In this document: positions 28,820-38,042 of the stretch, one piece after another | Position numbering within the stretch: the stretch's first letter is position 1 | Layout: every line of letters begins with the position of its first letter | Translations under genes and position numbers: made by a program | DNA from: an uncultured Thermoplasmata archaeon | GTDB lineage: Archaea; Thermoplasmatota; Thermoplasmata; RBG-16-68-12 | Reading direction: 5' to 3' | Assembly (NCBI GenBank): GCA_963768855.1 | Contig: CAVYJM010000021.1 | Span: 1 to 64,000, forward strand | Length of the DNA stretch: 64,000 nucleotides | Notes under the pieces: model-generated | The model's input: the letters and a program-made list of their open reading frames with translations, nothing else | What the model was told of the DNA's origin: nothing | The model's database searches: none

Positions 28820-29572
28820 GTGGTCGACGAGCGGACATCGCCGCCCCAGGAACGCGCGATCCGCGGGCTCACGTGGGCCATCCGCGGCCTGATCGGGTTC
28901 CTCGGGGTCGCCCTCGCGACCGCGGCGGTCCTCGTCGCTTTCATCCCGCTGTACGACCTGCCTTCGCCGAGCCACGCCGAGACGCTGAGGCTCGAGGACG
29001 GGCTCCTCGTCCTTTCCTGGCTCCTCCTGGCCCTCGGCGTCGCGTCCGGTCTCGTCTACGCGGTCGGCCTCGCGGGCCTGTACGGGAACCGCCGGGAACT
29101 TGGGATCGAGCACGCGAAATCGGTCGAGCAGACCGTGCCCTGGCTGGCGGTCACCATGGTCCTTCTGGCCGCAGGCATCCTCATCCCGTCCCCGACGGGT
29201 CCCTTCCTCACGTTCCCGGGCATCGGGCCGACGCCTCCGGACTGGGCGGGGAGTCTGAGCGTGGTCTTGGCGGGCCTGCGCGCGATCTTCGCCGGGTTGA
29301 CCCTCTACTACGCCGTGCAAGGGCTGGCGACGGAGGACGCCCGGGTCCGGCTGCTCATCGGGATGAGCCTCGGGGTCGCGGGTGCCGTCCTGTGGACCGG
29401 CCTCGCCACGTTCGCCGCGGGGGCGGGAGTCCTCTCCGTGGATTCCCTGCTGCCCTTCCTCGCGGGCATCGTGGCCGGGCTGGGGACCTCGGCCATCTCA
29501 ATCGCGCTCTTCATCGCCGTGTACCGGGAGATCCGGGACGGTCTCGTCGAGGGACGGCGTCCCGGAGCGTGA
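28820..29572 (+). CDS. Uncharacterised multi-TM membrane protein
   Basis: About 6-7 hydrophobic segments, coding-type codon bias. Start is approximate. Confidence 0.65.
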   Translation: MVDERTSPPQERAIRGLTWAIRGLIGFLGVALATAAVLVAFIPLYDLPSPSHAETLRLEDGLLVLSWLLLALGVASGLVYAVGLAGLYGNRRELGIEHAKSVEQTVPWLAVTMVLLAAGILIPSPTGPFLTFPGIGPTPPDWAGSLSVVLAGLRAIFAGLTLYYAVQGLATEDARVRLLIGMSLGVAGAVLWTGLATFAAGAGVLSVDSLLPFLAGIVAGLGTSAISIALFIAVYREIRDGLVEGRRPGA

Positions 29573-29575
29573 GGC

Positions 29576-30523
29576 CTACTCCCATTCGATGGTCCCGGGC
29601 GGCTTGTTCGTGATGTCGTAGACGACCCGGTTGACGCCCTTGACCTCGTTCGTGATCCGGATACTGATCCGGTCCAGGACCTCGTGCGGGATCTTGGAAT
29701 ACGCGCCGCTCATGCCGTCGATCGACTCGACCGAGCGCACCGCGATCGTGTGGCCGTACACGCGGAGGTCGCCGTGCACCCCGACCGTCTGCACGGGGAG
29801 CAGCGCGGCGAAGTACTGCCACGGTACCGAGATGAGCCCTTTCTCGGCCGCGGCCTCGAGCTCCTCCTCGACGATCGCGGACGCTTCCCGGGCCAGCGCG
29901 ACCCGCTCGGGCGTCACCTCGCCGATCACGCGCACTGCGAGGGCGGGCCCGGGGAACGGCTGCCGCTCGGCGACCCGGACTCCGAGCTCCCGGGCGACCT
30001 TGCGGACCTCGTCCTTGTAGAGGTCGCGCAGCGGCTCGACCAGTTTGAGCCTCATCGTGTCGGGCAGGCCCGCGACGTTGTGGTGGGATTTGATCCGGTC
30101 CCGGAGCTGTCCTCCGCTCTCGATCCAGTCGGGGGCGATCGTGCCCTGGACGAGGTACTCGGCCCCGAAGGTGATCGCCTCCCGCTCGAAGAGCTCGATG
30201 AACTTGTTCCCGATGATGTGCCGCTTCTTCTCCGGGTCGGTGACGCCCTGCAAGGCCTCGAAGAACTCGTCCGCGGCGTCGAGGACCCGGTGGTTCACAT
30301 GGAGCTCCTTCAGGGTCGCCTCGACGTCCGCGGTCTCCCCTTTCCGCATCAAGCCCGTGTCGACGTAGACCGCGAGGAGGCGGTCGCCCAGGGCCCGGCT
30401 CGCGATCACCGCGGCCGTCGTGCTGTCGACACCACCGGAGACCGCGATGATGGCCTTCCCCTTCACCGCGGTCCGCGTCGCGGTGATCTGCTCCTCGACG
30501 AAGGCCTTCGGCTCGAACATCAC
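29576..30523 (-). CDS. guaAB: GMP synthase ATP pyrophosphatase subunit B
   Basis: [64 protein letters not shown]. Confidence 0.94.
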   Translation of the reverse strand: MMFEPKAFVEEQITATRTAVKGKAIIAVSGGVDSTTAAVIASRALGDRLLAVYVDTGLMRKGETADVEATLKELHVNHRVLDAADEFFEALQGVTDPEKKRHIIGNKFIELFEREAITFGAEYLVQGTIAPDWIESGGQLRDRIKSHHNVAGLPDTMRLKLVEPLRDLYKDEVRKVARELGVRVAERQPFPGPALAVRVIGEVTPERVALAREASAIVEEELEAAAEKGLISVPWQYFAALLPVQTVGVHGDLRVYGHTIAVRSVESIDGMSGAYSKIPHEVLDRISIRITNEVKGVNRVVYDITNKPPGTIEWE

Positions 30524-30993
30524 TCACCCTTGAGGGTCCTCGAGTCCTCCAGCACCCACTTCTTCATGGCCTCGCGGTGCTCCTTGAGCTTCCCCGCGAG
30601 CCGTTCGTCGCTCAGGGCGAGGACCTGGGACGCCAGGATCGCCGCGTTCTCGCCGCGGTCCAGCCCGACCGCCGCGACGGGCACGCCCGGCGGCATCTGG
30701 GTCACGCTCAGGATGGAGTCCAGGTTGACCTTGCCGCTCACTGGAACGCCGATCACCGGCTTCAGGGTGTGCGCGGCGATCGTCCCGGGGAGGGCCGCTG
30801 ACAGCCCTGCGATTGCGATGAACACCTTCGCGGTCGTGTTCCGGACGAGATCCCTCAGGAGGTCCGGCGTGCGATGGGCGGACGCCACGACCATCTCGTA
30901 CTCGATTCCGAACTCGTCGAGGATCTTCGCGGCGCTCTTCCCCACCTCGGCGTCGCTCTTGCTCCCCAAGATGATCAGCACTTCGACAGGCAT
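30520..30993 (-). CDS. purE: N5-CAIR mutase / AIR carboxylase PurE
   Basis: [38 protein letters not shown]. Confidence 0.94.
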   Translation of the reverse strand: MPVEVLIILGSKSDAEVGKSAAKILDEFGIEYEMVVASAHRTPDLLRDLVRNTTAKVFIAIAGLSAALPGTIAAHTLKPVIGVPVSGKVNLDSILSVTQMPPGVPVAAVGLDRGENAAILASQVLALSDERLAGKLKEHREAMKKWVLEDSRTLKGE

Positions 30994-31088
30994 CGGATGG
31001 GCTGAAGCGGGGGAGGGCAATTAAGGCTTCCCACCCTCGGCGGCGCGAGGCCTGGGCAACGATGGAAAGAGAGAGCGGGGCTGTGCCT

Positions 31089-31397
31089 TCAGCTCTTCAT
31101 GATGGCGAGGAGGAACAGCCCAATCGCTGCCGCGGCTCCGATGACGGCGGCGAGGATCACGCCGATCGACTGGAGGACGACCGTCGACAGCGAAACCTCC
31201 GAGGTCATGGGCCCCGCGTAATAGCCCCACAAGATCCCCACGATGAGTCCACCCACAAGCAGACCGGCCCCGATCTTCCGGCTCTTCCCGCTACCGAAGT
31301 ACGCGGTGAAGGCGCCGGTGATCACGAGGAACAGCGCGAACGTGAGAAGAAGGACGGTCACGAAATTCATCAGGGTAAAAACTTCGAGTGCGCTCAT
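31089..31397 (-). CDS. Small three-TM membrane protein
   Basis: 102 aa, hydrophobic, FTAYFGSGKSRKIG loop. Confidence 0.7.
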   Translation of the reverse strand: MSALEVFTLMNFVTVLLLTFALFLVITGAFTAYFGSGKSRKIGAGLLVGGLIVGILWGYYAGPMTSEVSLSTVVLQSIGVILAAVIGAAAAIGLFLLAIMKS

Positions 31398-31409
31398 CGA
31401 GAAACCTCC

Positions 31410-31643
31410 TCAGAACTTGATTCCCGTCAGGGTCTTGGTGTCGATCACACCTGGGATGCTGCGGATCTTGTCGACGACGACCTGTCCGAGGACGTTGAAA
31501 TCCTCTGCCTCGATCTTTGCGATCAGGTCGTACTCGCCGAACAACGGATGCAGCTCCACGATCTCCTTGACCTTGAGGAGCTCGTTGTACACCTCGTGCT
31601 CCTTCGCGGGAGCCGTGCTAATGAGCACGAACCCGATAGCCAT
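31410..31643 (-). CDS. Stand-alone Lrp/AsnC ligand-binding domain protein
   Basis: LFGEYDLIAKIE...IRSIPGVIDTKTL, 77 aa, no HTH. Confidence 0.85.
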   Translation of the reverse strand: MAIGFVLISTAPAKEHEVYNELLKVKEIVELHPLFGEYDLIAKIEAEDFNVLGQVVVDKIRSIPGVIDTKTLTGIKF

Positions 31644-31723
31644 CCCTGGTCACCGAGGGGGCGAACCTCCGGTGACGATATAACCCTTTCCATAATGCCG
31701 TGCGAGTTCTCCCGTGGGAAGGT

Positions 31724-32647
31724 TCAGAAGGATGCGTGGCGCCGCGCACGCGAGATCGCCTGCGCCCACGTCGGCAGGTTCGTCTGCGTCCCCTTCTGCT
31801 CGAGGACGAAGCTCGCGACCGCGGACCCCAGGATGCCGCACCGCTTCAGGTCGTAGCCCCGCGAGAGACCTGCGTAGAATCCGGCGCGGTACGCGTCCCC
31901 CGCACCCGTCACGTCGACGACTCGCCGCGGGCGTACCGCGGGGACGCGGAATCTCCCCTCTCGGGTGATCACCGCGCTCCCTCGCGCCCCGAGGGTCACG
32001 ACGATGGCCTCCGCGGACCGCAGGAGGTCCACGACGGACGTGGCACCCGCAAAGCGCATCGCCTGGACCACCTCGGCCTCGTTGCCGAAGAAGTAGGTCG
32101 CCATGCGGAAGAGCCGGCGGAACGACCGTCGATCGTACACGTAGCGGAGTTCTTGGGCGGGATCGAACGCGATCGGGCGTCCCAGCTCCTCCGCGGCCTC
32201 GGCCACCTTCGTGTAGTACTCCGGGCGCCCCGTGCCGATGTGCACGAGCTCGACGTCGCGGACGCTGTGGCGGAGGACGGCGAGCCGCGGAGCGATCCGC
32301 CACGGACCCTGGTCGATGATCGTCATCTGCTGCCCCTTGGGGTCCGAGAAGACCCAGGCCGTCGGGGTGGGATGGCCCGGCACCTTTCGGAGATCCCGCA
32401 GGTCCACGCCGTCCTTCACGAGCGCGATTCGATAGTCCTCGGGGAAGTCGCTGCCCACGAACGATGCCAGGGACGCCTTCGTGCCGAGGCGGGCCGCCGC
32501 CCGCGCAAGGTTCCCTGCCGTGCCGCCGAAGTAGCGTTTCCGGTCGAGGATCTCGATCGATGTGTCGGGTCGCGGCAGATGGGGGACCGTGACGATGTGG
32601 TCCAAGACGACATGGCCGAAGACCCCCACGAAATTCCTCATCGCCAT
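31724..32647 (-). CDS. PfkB-family (nucleoside) kinase
   Basis: GHVVLD, GGTAGN, VGSDF, DVTGAGDAYRAGF. Confidence 0.88.
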   Translation of the reverse strand: MAMRNFVGVFGHVVLDHIVTVPHLPRPDTSIEILDRKRYFGGTAGNLARAAARLGTKASLASFVGSDFPEDYRIALVKDGVDLRDLRKVPGHPTPTAWVFSDPKGQQMTIIDQGPWRIAPRLAVLRHSVRDVELVHIGTGRPEYYTKVAEAAEELGRPIAFDPAQELRYVYDRRSFRRLFRMATYFFGNEAEVVQAMRFAGATSVVDLLRSAEAIVVTLGARGSAVITREGRFRVPAVRPRRVVDVTGAGDAYRAGFYAGLSRGYDLKRCGILGSAVASFVLEQKGTQTNLPTWAQAISRARRHASF

Positions 32648-33276
32648 CGTTCCATCTCCCGCTGGACATCGGCAAAGGTGTCGAAGGGGATGAAATCGAT
32701 CTCCTCTTCGCGGCACAGGTCGGCGAGCTCCTTCTTCGCGAAAACGAGGTCCGCCTCGATGGCGGGGCAGAGGTCCGAGTGGCCGTCGCCGATGTAGGCG
32801 ACCCGGTAGCCCTCCGTGCGCAGCTCGAAGAGCCGGTGGAGCTTGCACGTGCCGCAGAGGTTGCAGGTCGGGTCCGCGTACGGATACGAGATGACGACCC
32901 GGCCCGCGTCGAACGTCGCGCGGTTCGTCCGCACAGGCAGTGCGATCCGCCACTTGTCCAGCAGATACCGGAGGTAGAAATCGAGCCCCTCGCTCACGAT
33001 TTCCAGGGGCATCCCACGCGCTCGGCAGAAGTCCGCGAAGGCCGGGAACGTCTCGTCGAGGCGCACATGGGCGTCGACGAAACGGAGCATGTCCGCCTCC
33101 GTCGCGTGGACGAGGGCGAACTGCCGGATCATCGTCTCCCGGGTGCCGATCCTCCGGGCGCGGTGCTCCTCCTCGATGTCCCACCATTCCGGGGGCGCGA
33201 ACTCCTCGAGGATGTCCTCCGCGACATCCGTCCGAGTCACCGTCCCGTCGAAGTCGGTCAGCACCGCGCGCTTCAC
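32638..33276 (-). CDS. HAD phosphatase, MtnX/phosphoserine phosphatase-like
   Basis: DFDGTVT, IVSEGLDFY, CGTCK, YIGDGHSD..PA..AD.VFAK. Confidence 0.85.
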   Translation of the reverse strand: MKRAVLTDFDGTVTRTDVAEDILEEFAPPEWWDIEEEHRARRIGTRETMIRQFALVHATEADMLRFVDAHVRLDETFPAFADFCRARGMPLEIVSEGLDFYLRYLLDKWRIALPVRTNRATFDAGRVVISYPYADPTCNLCGTCKLHRLFELRTEGYRVAYIGDGHSDLCPAIEADLVFAKKELADLCREEEIDFIPFDTFADVQREMERWR

Positions 33277-33301
33277 GGGTCCGCCTCGGGCCCCCGGAGG
33301 T

Positions 33302-34540
33302 TCAGGTGCCCTCGTGCCACGACTCCAGGTACTTCTTCTGTGCGGCGGAGAGGGAGTCGATGCGGATGCCCATCGTCTCGAGCTTGAGCCGGGCGACCTT
33401 GTCGTCGAGGGCTTCCGGGACCGCATAAACGCGGGGCTCGAGGTCTCCCGCATGCTTCGCGAGGTGGGCGGCGCTCACGGCCTGGATTGCGAAACTCATG
33501 TCCATGATCTCGACGGGGTGGCCCTGGCCTGCGGCGAGGTTCACGAGGCGTCCCTCCGCGAGCACGTAGATCCGCTTGCCTCCCGCGATCGTGTACTCGT
33601 CCACGAACTCCCGCACGCGGCGCTTCGATTTTGCCGCGCGCTCGAGTTCCTTGAGCGCGATCTCGTTGTTGAAGTGGCCCGCGTTCGCGAGAACGACGCC
33701 GTCGCGGAGGGCGGGGAAGTGCTTCGCCGTCACGATGTCCTTGTCGCCGGTCGCGGAGACGATGAAGTCCGCGACCTTGGCGGCTTGGGCCATCGGCAGG
33801 ACCTCGTACCCGTCCATCGCGGCCTCGATGGCCCGGACCGGGTCGATCTCCGTGACGAGGACGCGAGCGCCCATCCCCTTGGCCCGCATCGCGATCCCAC
33901 GGCCGCACCAGCCGTAGCCCGCGACGACGAAAGCCTTGCCTGCGATCAGCAGGTTCGTCGCGTTCATAATCCCGTCAAACGTGCTCTGGCCCGTCCCGTA
34001 GCGGTTGTCGAACAGGTGCTTCATCTTCGCGTCGTTCACGTCGATGACGGGGAACTTGAGCTCGCCGTCCTTCTCCATGGAGCGCAGGCGGATGACGCCC
34101 GTGGTCGTCTCCTCGTTGCCGCCGCGGACCCCATCGAGGAGTTCGCGGCGCTTCGTGTGCAGCAGGAAGATCAGATCCGCGCCGTCGTCGATGACGAGGT
34201 CGGGTTTCAGGTCGAGGACCTTGTGGAGGCTGTCGTAGTACTCCTCCGTGGTCTGCCACTTCTTTGCGTACACGTCGAGGCCGTGCACCTCCTTGAGCGC
34301 GGCTACGACGCTGTCGTCTGTCGACAAAGGATTACAGGAGGCCAGTCGGACGTCGGCCCCGGCCTCCCTGAGCGTGAGCGCGAGCACCCCCGTCTTCGCC
34401 TCCGTGTGGAGCGCCATCCCGATCCGGAGGCCCTTGACGGCCTTGGACCGCTGGAGTTCCGTGCGGATGGCGGCCAGGACGGGCATATGGTCCCGCGCCC
34501 ATTCGAGGCGGCGTGCCCCGCGCTCCGCGAGCTCGGACAT
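33302..34540 (-). CDS. ahcY: Adenosylhomocysteinase
   Basis: SCNPLST, EETTTG, KHLFDNRYGTGQS, GYGWCGRG, NAGHF, EGRLVNL, GHP.E.MD.SF. Confidence 0.96.
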   Translation of the reverse strand: MSELAERGARRLEWARDHMPVLAAIRTELQRSKAVKGLRIGMALHTEAKTGVLALTLREAGADVRLASCNPLSTDDSVVAALKEVHGLDVYAKKWQTTEEYYDSLHKVLDLKPDLVIDDGADLIFLLHTKRRELLDGVRGGNEETTTGVIRLRSMEKDGELKFPVIDVNDAKMKHLFDNRYGTGQSTFDGIMNATNLLIAGKAFVVAGYGWCGRGIAMRAKGMGARVLVTEIDPVRAIEAAMDGYEVLPMAQAAKVADFIVSATGDKDIVTAKHFPALRDGVVLANAGHFNNEIALKELERAAKSKRRVREFVDEYTIAGGKRIYVLAEGRLVNLAAGQGHPVEIMDMSFAIQAVSAAHLAKHAGDLEPRVYAVPEALDDKVARLKLETMGIRIDSLSAAQKKYLESWHEGT

Positions 34541-34567
34541 CGCCGCGCCGATGCGCCGGATGCGATT

Positions 34568-35053
34568 TCAGCCTTCCGGTGCGGCGCGGTGACTCCGATA
34601 CGAGTCGGCGATGACGAACACGACCCCGAGGCCCAGGGCGCCGTAGAAGGCCGCGTCGATCGGCCAGGCCGCGTGGATGGCCGAGGGTGTGGACACCTGC
34701 CAGAACTCGATGCCGAGCAGGGTCTGCTCGAGCACCGCCGGCATGTACACGACCTCGCCAGCGGTCACGACCGGGCGGGCGTCCCCTTCGACGTACACGG
34801 GCACGGGGTTGTTCGGGTCGCCGCTGTCGATCCAGAGGACCGTCACGGACGGCCCCAGGAATGACGTATAGCTCACGTTGTCGACTTTCTCGTGGATCGT
34901 GACCTGGGCACCGACCGCATACCCCAGGAACCCGTTGCCCTGCTCATCGGCGCGCAGCTGCGGCCCGCTCACGGAGGTGAGGGGCCAGTACGCTACCGCG
35001 AGGAGCAGGCCCACGAGGGCGAGGGCGATACCCACGATCGCGAGTCGTTTCAT
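34568..35053 (-). CDS. Uncharacterised protein with N- and C-terminal TM helices
   Basis: MKRLAIVGIALALVGLLL...FYGALGLGVVFVIA. Confidence 0.6.
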   Translation of the reverse strand: MKRLAIVGIALALVGLLLAVAYWPLTSVSGPQLRADEQGNGFLGYAVGAQVTIHEKVDNVSYTSFLGPSVTVLWIDSGDPNNPVPVYVEGDARPVVTAGEVVYMPAVLEQTLLGIEFWQVSTPSAIHAAWPIDAAFYGALGLGVVFVIADSYRSHRAAPEG

Positions 35054-35204
35054 GGTCTTCGTGCCTCCGATTCTCTTCCTGTCCGGCATCGGTCAAGAAC
35101 CTTGGCTGTTGAACAGGGGCACGAGGGTCGCGGAACGTCCCTCGGGTCGCGCATCGCTTCACGGAGGCCACGAAAACGTCGGTGGCCGACCGAATGGGAC
35201 GTCG

Positions 35205-36485
35205 TCACGCCTGCTTCTCAGGATCCTCGTGCGGGCGCGGCCTCGCGGGGGCCGGGATCTCCGGGAGGACGTCCTGAAGATGGAACTTGCGAAGGAGGCG
35301 CTTCATGATCGGAGGCGCGGCGAGCGTCGTGATCAGCGTCATCACGATCAGGGCGGAGTAGAGATCGGGCCCAATGATCCCGGCCGCCAGGCCGACCTGG
35401 GCGAGGATAAGTTCCATCATGCCCCGCGCGTTCAGGCCGAAGCCGAGGGCGACGAGCGGGGCGCCGCGGAACCCCGCGACCAGCCCGCCCAGGATGCCGC
35501 CAACGAACTTGCCCACGAACCCGATCGCGGTGACCTCCACAATCAGAGGGAGCGAGGCACCCGTGAGCGTGAACTGCAGGCCCACGAACCCGAAGAACAC
35601 GGGCGTCAGGAGGCCGAAGCTCACCGCCGACATGGACCGGCGGATCTGGTTGAACGCCTCCCGGCCCACGAGCTGGGGTGTGATCAGGACGCCGGCGTAG
35701 AACACCCCGACCGCAAAGTGGATCCCGAGGCTCTCCGCCGCGGTCGCGAGCAGGAACGCGAGGGCGATGCAGAGCGCGAAGGCGCTCTCCGGGGCCCTGA
35801 GCTTCTCAAGGAGCCGCTGCATCGCGGACGTGCCGTCGCCCGCCTCGCCGCCGATCCGGCGCAGCCCCCATCCGAAGAGGAGGATCAGGGCGACGAACCC
35901 GACGATTTTGAGGAGCACCACGGCCACGGTCCCCGGGTCCAGCGGTCCGCCGCCGAGGTTGTACAGGCTGACAACCAGCCCGAGCACCGCGAACGCGATG
36001 AGGTCGTTCGCGAGCGCGACGGACACGATCGCCCTTCCGAGGCGGCTGTGGAGGAGGTTCAGGTCGAGGAGGATCCGGACGCTCACCGGCAACGCGGTGA
36101 CCGCCATCGCGGTCGCCAGGAACAGGGAGTGCGCGACGTCGAAGCCTAGGGTCCCCGCGAACGCGTAGCCCAGGAAGAAGGGGAGGATGAACTCCACCGC
36201 GGCCACCACCGCGCTTCGCTCCTGGAAAGCCTGGCGCAGCCCTTCCCGGCCGAGCTCCATTCCCGCGAGCAAGACGAGCACGAAGATCCCGAGGGTGGAC
36301 ACCACCCCGAGCGAGGAGCCCAGGGAGGTCGCCGGGTTCGGGTCGATCCAGCCGAGGAGCGTGGGGCCGAGGAGGATTCCCGCGAGCACCTCGCCGAGCA
36401 TCGGGGACTGGTGGAGGCGCTCCATCGCCTCGCCCGCCAGGCGGGCGATGCCGAAGAGGAGCAGGAGCGCGAGGATCAGGTCCAC
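35205..36485 (-). CDS. CPA2 cation:proton antiporter
   Basis: GEVLAGILLGP, LAGMEL, TALPVS, ANDL, PVFFGFVG, LNARG.MEL. Confidence 0.9.
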   Translation of the reverse strand: MDLILALLLLFGIARLAGEAMERLHQSPMLGEVLAGILLGPTLLGWIDPNPATSLGSSLGVVSTLGIFVLVLLAGMELGREGLRQAFQERSAVVAAVEFILPFFLGYAFAGTLGFDVAHSLFLATAMAVTALPVSVRILLDLNLLHSRLGRAIVSVALANDLIAFAVLGLVVSLYNLGGGPLDPGTVAVVLLKIVGFVALILLFGWGLRRIGGEAGDGTSAMQRLLEKLRAPESAFALCIALAFLLATAAESLGIHFAVGVFYAGVLITPQLVGREAFNQIRRSMSAVSFGLLTPVFFGFVGLQFTLTGASLPLIVEVTAIGFVGKFVGGILGGLVAGFRGAPLVALGFGLNARGMMELILAQVGLAAGIIGPDLYSALIVMTLITTLAAPPIMKRLLRKFHLQDVLPEIPAPARPRPHEDPEKQA

Positions 36486-36679
36486 GGGGCACGACCGCAG
36501 GCTGCCCGCGCCACCTCATGCCGCGGTATATAGCGGCTCCTGCGCGGTTATCTGCACCGGAACGCAGAGAGGTCGCTCCATGGAGGCGGCGAAGTAGAAT
36601 CGAGGGACCGCGCTTCAGCGTACGGTCCGTAGGAAATCTATAAGGGGTCACGGCCCAAGGATACGGGTGAGGTGCCAGC

Positions 36680-37135
36680 ATGGTGGGGATCCAGACGGCC
36701 GGTGCGGCCGTGTCGCCGGGCTCGGCGGACGGCGAGCAAATCTTGGAAGCCTTCTACGGTCTCCAGGGATCTTCGTTTGGGCACACGATCGTCTATGACC
36801 TCGTCTTCACGGACCGGCGGATCGTGGGGGTCGTCTTTGGATACACGGAGGGTGGTAACACGGGCGGTCCCATCGCCGGCACGCTCCTCATCAGGGAGTC
36901 CCGGAAACCTCGTCCGGGGTACCGTCTCCAAGACTTGGACGCGATGGTGGCCAAGCATCCGAAGTCCTTCTCGTTTCCGTATCCCTCCGTGCAGGAGGCG
37001 GCGATCAAAGGGATCCTCGAGAAGGCGATTCAGATCCGGTCGGGCCGGGAGCGGTACTACATCTACATCCCGAAGGAGCAGTTGCCCCGGGTGCAGTCCA
37101 TTCTTGCCCTGGTCTTGCCTCACCTCCCCGCGTGA
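36680..37135 (+). CDS. Hypothetical protein
   Basis: 151-aa ORF with coding-type codon bias filling the gap between two genes. Confidence 0.6.
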   Translation: MVGIQTAGAAVSPGSADGEQILEAFYGLQGSSFGHTIVYDLVFTDRRIVGVVFGYTEGGNTGGPIAGTLLIRESRKPRPGYRLQDLDAMVAKHPKSFSFPYPSVQEAAIKGILEKAIQIRSGRERYYIYIPKEQLPRVQSILALVLPHLPA

Positions 37136-37189
37136 GGCGGGGTTGAGCCGTCCAGGTTGCCCACTTTCGGCGAGTCTTAATCTCCCGCC

Positions 37190-38029
37190 GTGGTAATGGC
37201 GTCGCCCTCCATGACCCTCAAGGACAAGCTCCGCATCGGCTGCAGCGGCTGGGGCTACGACGACTGGCTCGGGAGCTACTACCCGAAGGAGACACCGAAG
37301 TCGGACTACCTGTCCCTGTACTCGAAGGTGTTCGACTGCGTCGAGGTGGACTCGTCCTTCTACCGCAACCCGGGCCCCGCGACGACGAAGTCCTGGTACA
37401 AGACCACCCCACCCGGCTTCCTGTTCACGATGAAGATGCCGAAGCGGATCACCCACGAGAAGAAGTTGCGGCAGGTGACGGAGCAGCTCGGGTGGTTCTA
37501 CGCCTCTGCGAAGGAGCTGAAGGAGAAGGCGGGACCCCTGGTGGCCCAGCTTCCCCCCTCGATCAAGTACGACCGCGACTGGACCGTGATGCAGGACTTC
37601 GTCAAGTCGCTCGACGCCTCGTATCGCCACGCGATCGAGTTCCGGCACGCCTCGTGGTTCCGCGAGGACGTCTATGGCCTCCTGAGGGACCGGAACGTGG
37701 CAATGGTCTGGACGGAGAATCAGTACCTGCGCAGCCCGTCGGCGGTCACCTCCGATTCGATCTACCTGCGCATGGTCGGGGACCGCGAGATCACGGAGTT
37801 CCACGAGGTCCAGAAGGACAAGTCCGCGGAGATGCGTGCGTGGTACAAGGAGCTCGAGGATGCTGCGGACTCCGTGAAGGGCGCGATGGTCTTCTTCAAT
37901 AACCACTACGCGGGGTTCGGGCCGGGCAGCGTGAACGAGTTCCGGCGCCTCGCGGGGCTCATGGAGTACGAATTCCCCGCGCAGGCCGGCGCCGGGATGG
38001 GCCAGAAGAGCCTCGTGGATTTCGGATGA
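37190..38029 (+). CDS. DUF72 (YecE-like) protein
   Basis: IGCSGWGY.DW.G.YYP, VEVDSSFY, F.FTMK.P..ITH, QLPPS, AIEFRH.SW, YLR..G, FFNNHY.G. Confidence 0.9.
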   Translation: MVMASPSMTLKDKLRIGCSGWGYDDWLGSYYPKETPKSDYLSLYSKVFDCVEVDSSFYRNPGPATTKSWYKTTPPGFLFTMKMPKRITHEKKLRQVTEQLGWFYASAKELKEKAGPLVAQLPPSIKYDRDWTVMQDFVKSLDASYRHAIEFRHASWFREDVYGLLRDRNVAMVWTENQYLRSPSAVTSDSIYLRMVGDREITEFHEVQKDKSAEMRAWYKELEDAADSVKGAMVFFNNHYAGFGPGSVNEFRRLAGLMEYEFPAQAGAGMGQKSLVDFG

Positions 38030-38042
38030 TCGACTCCTGAGG

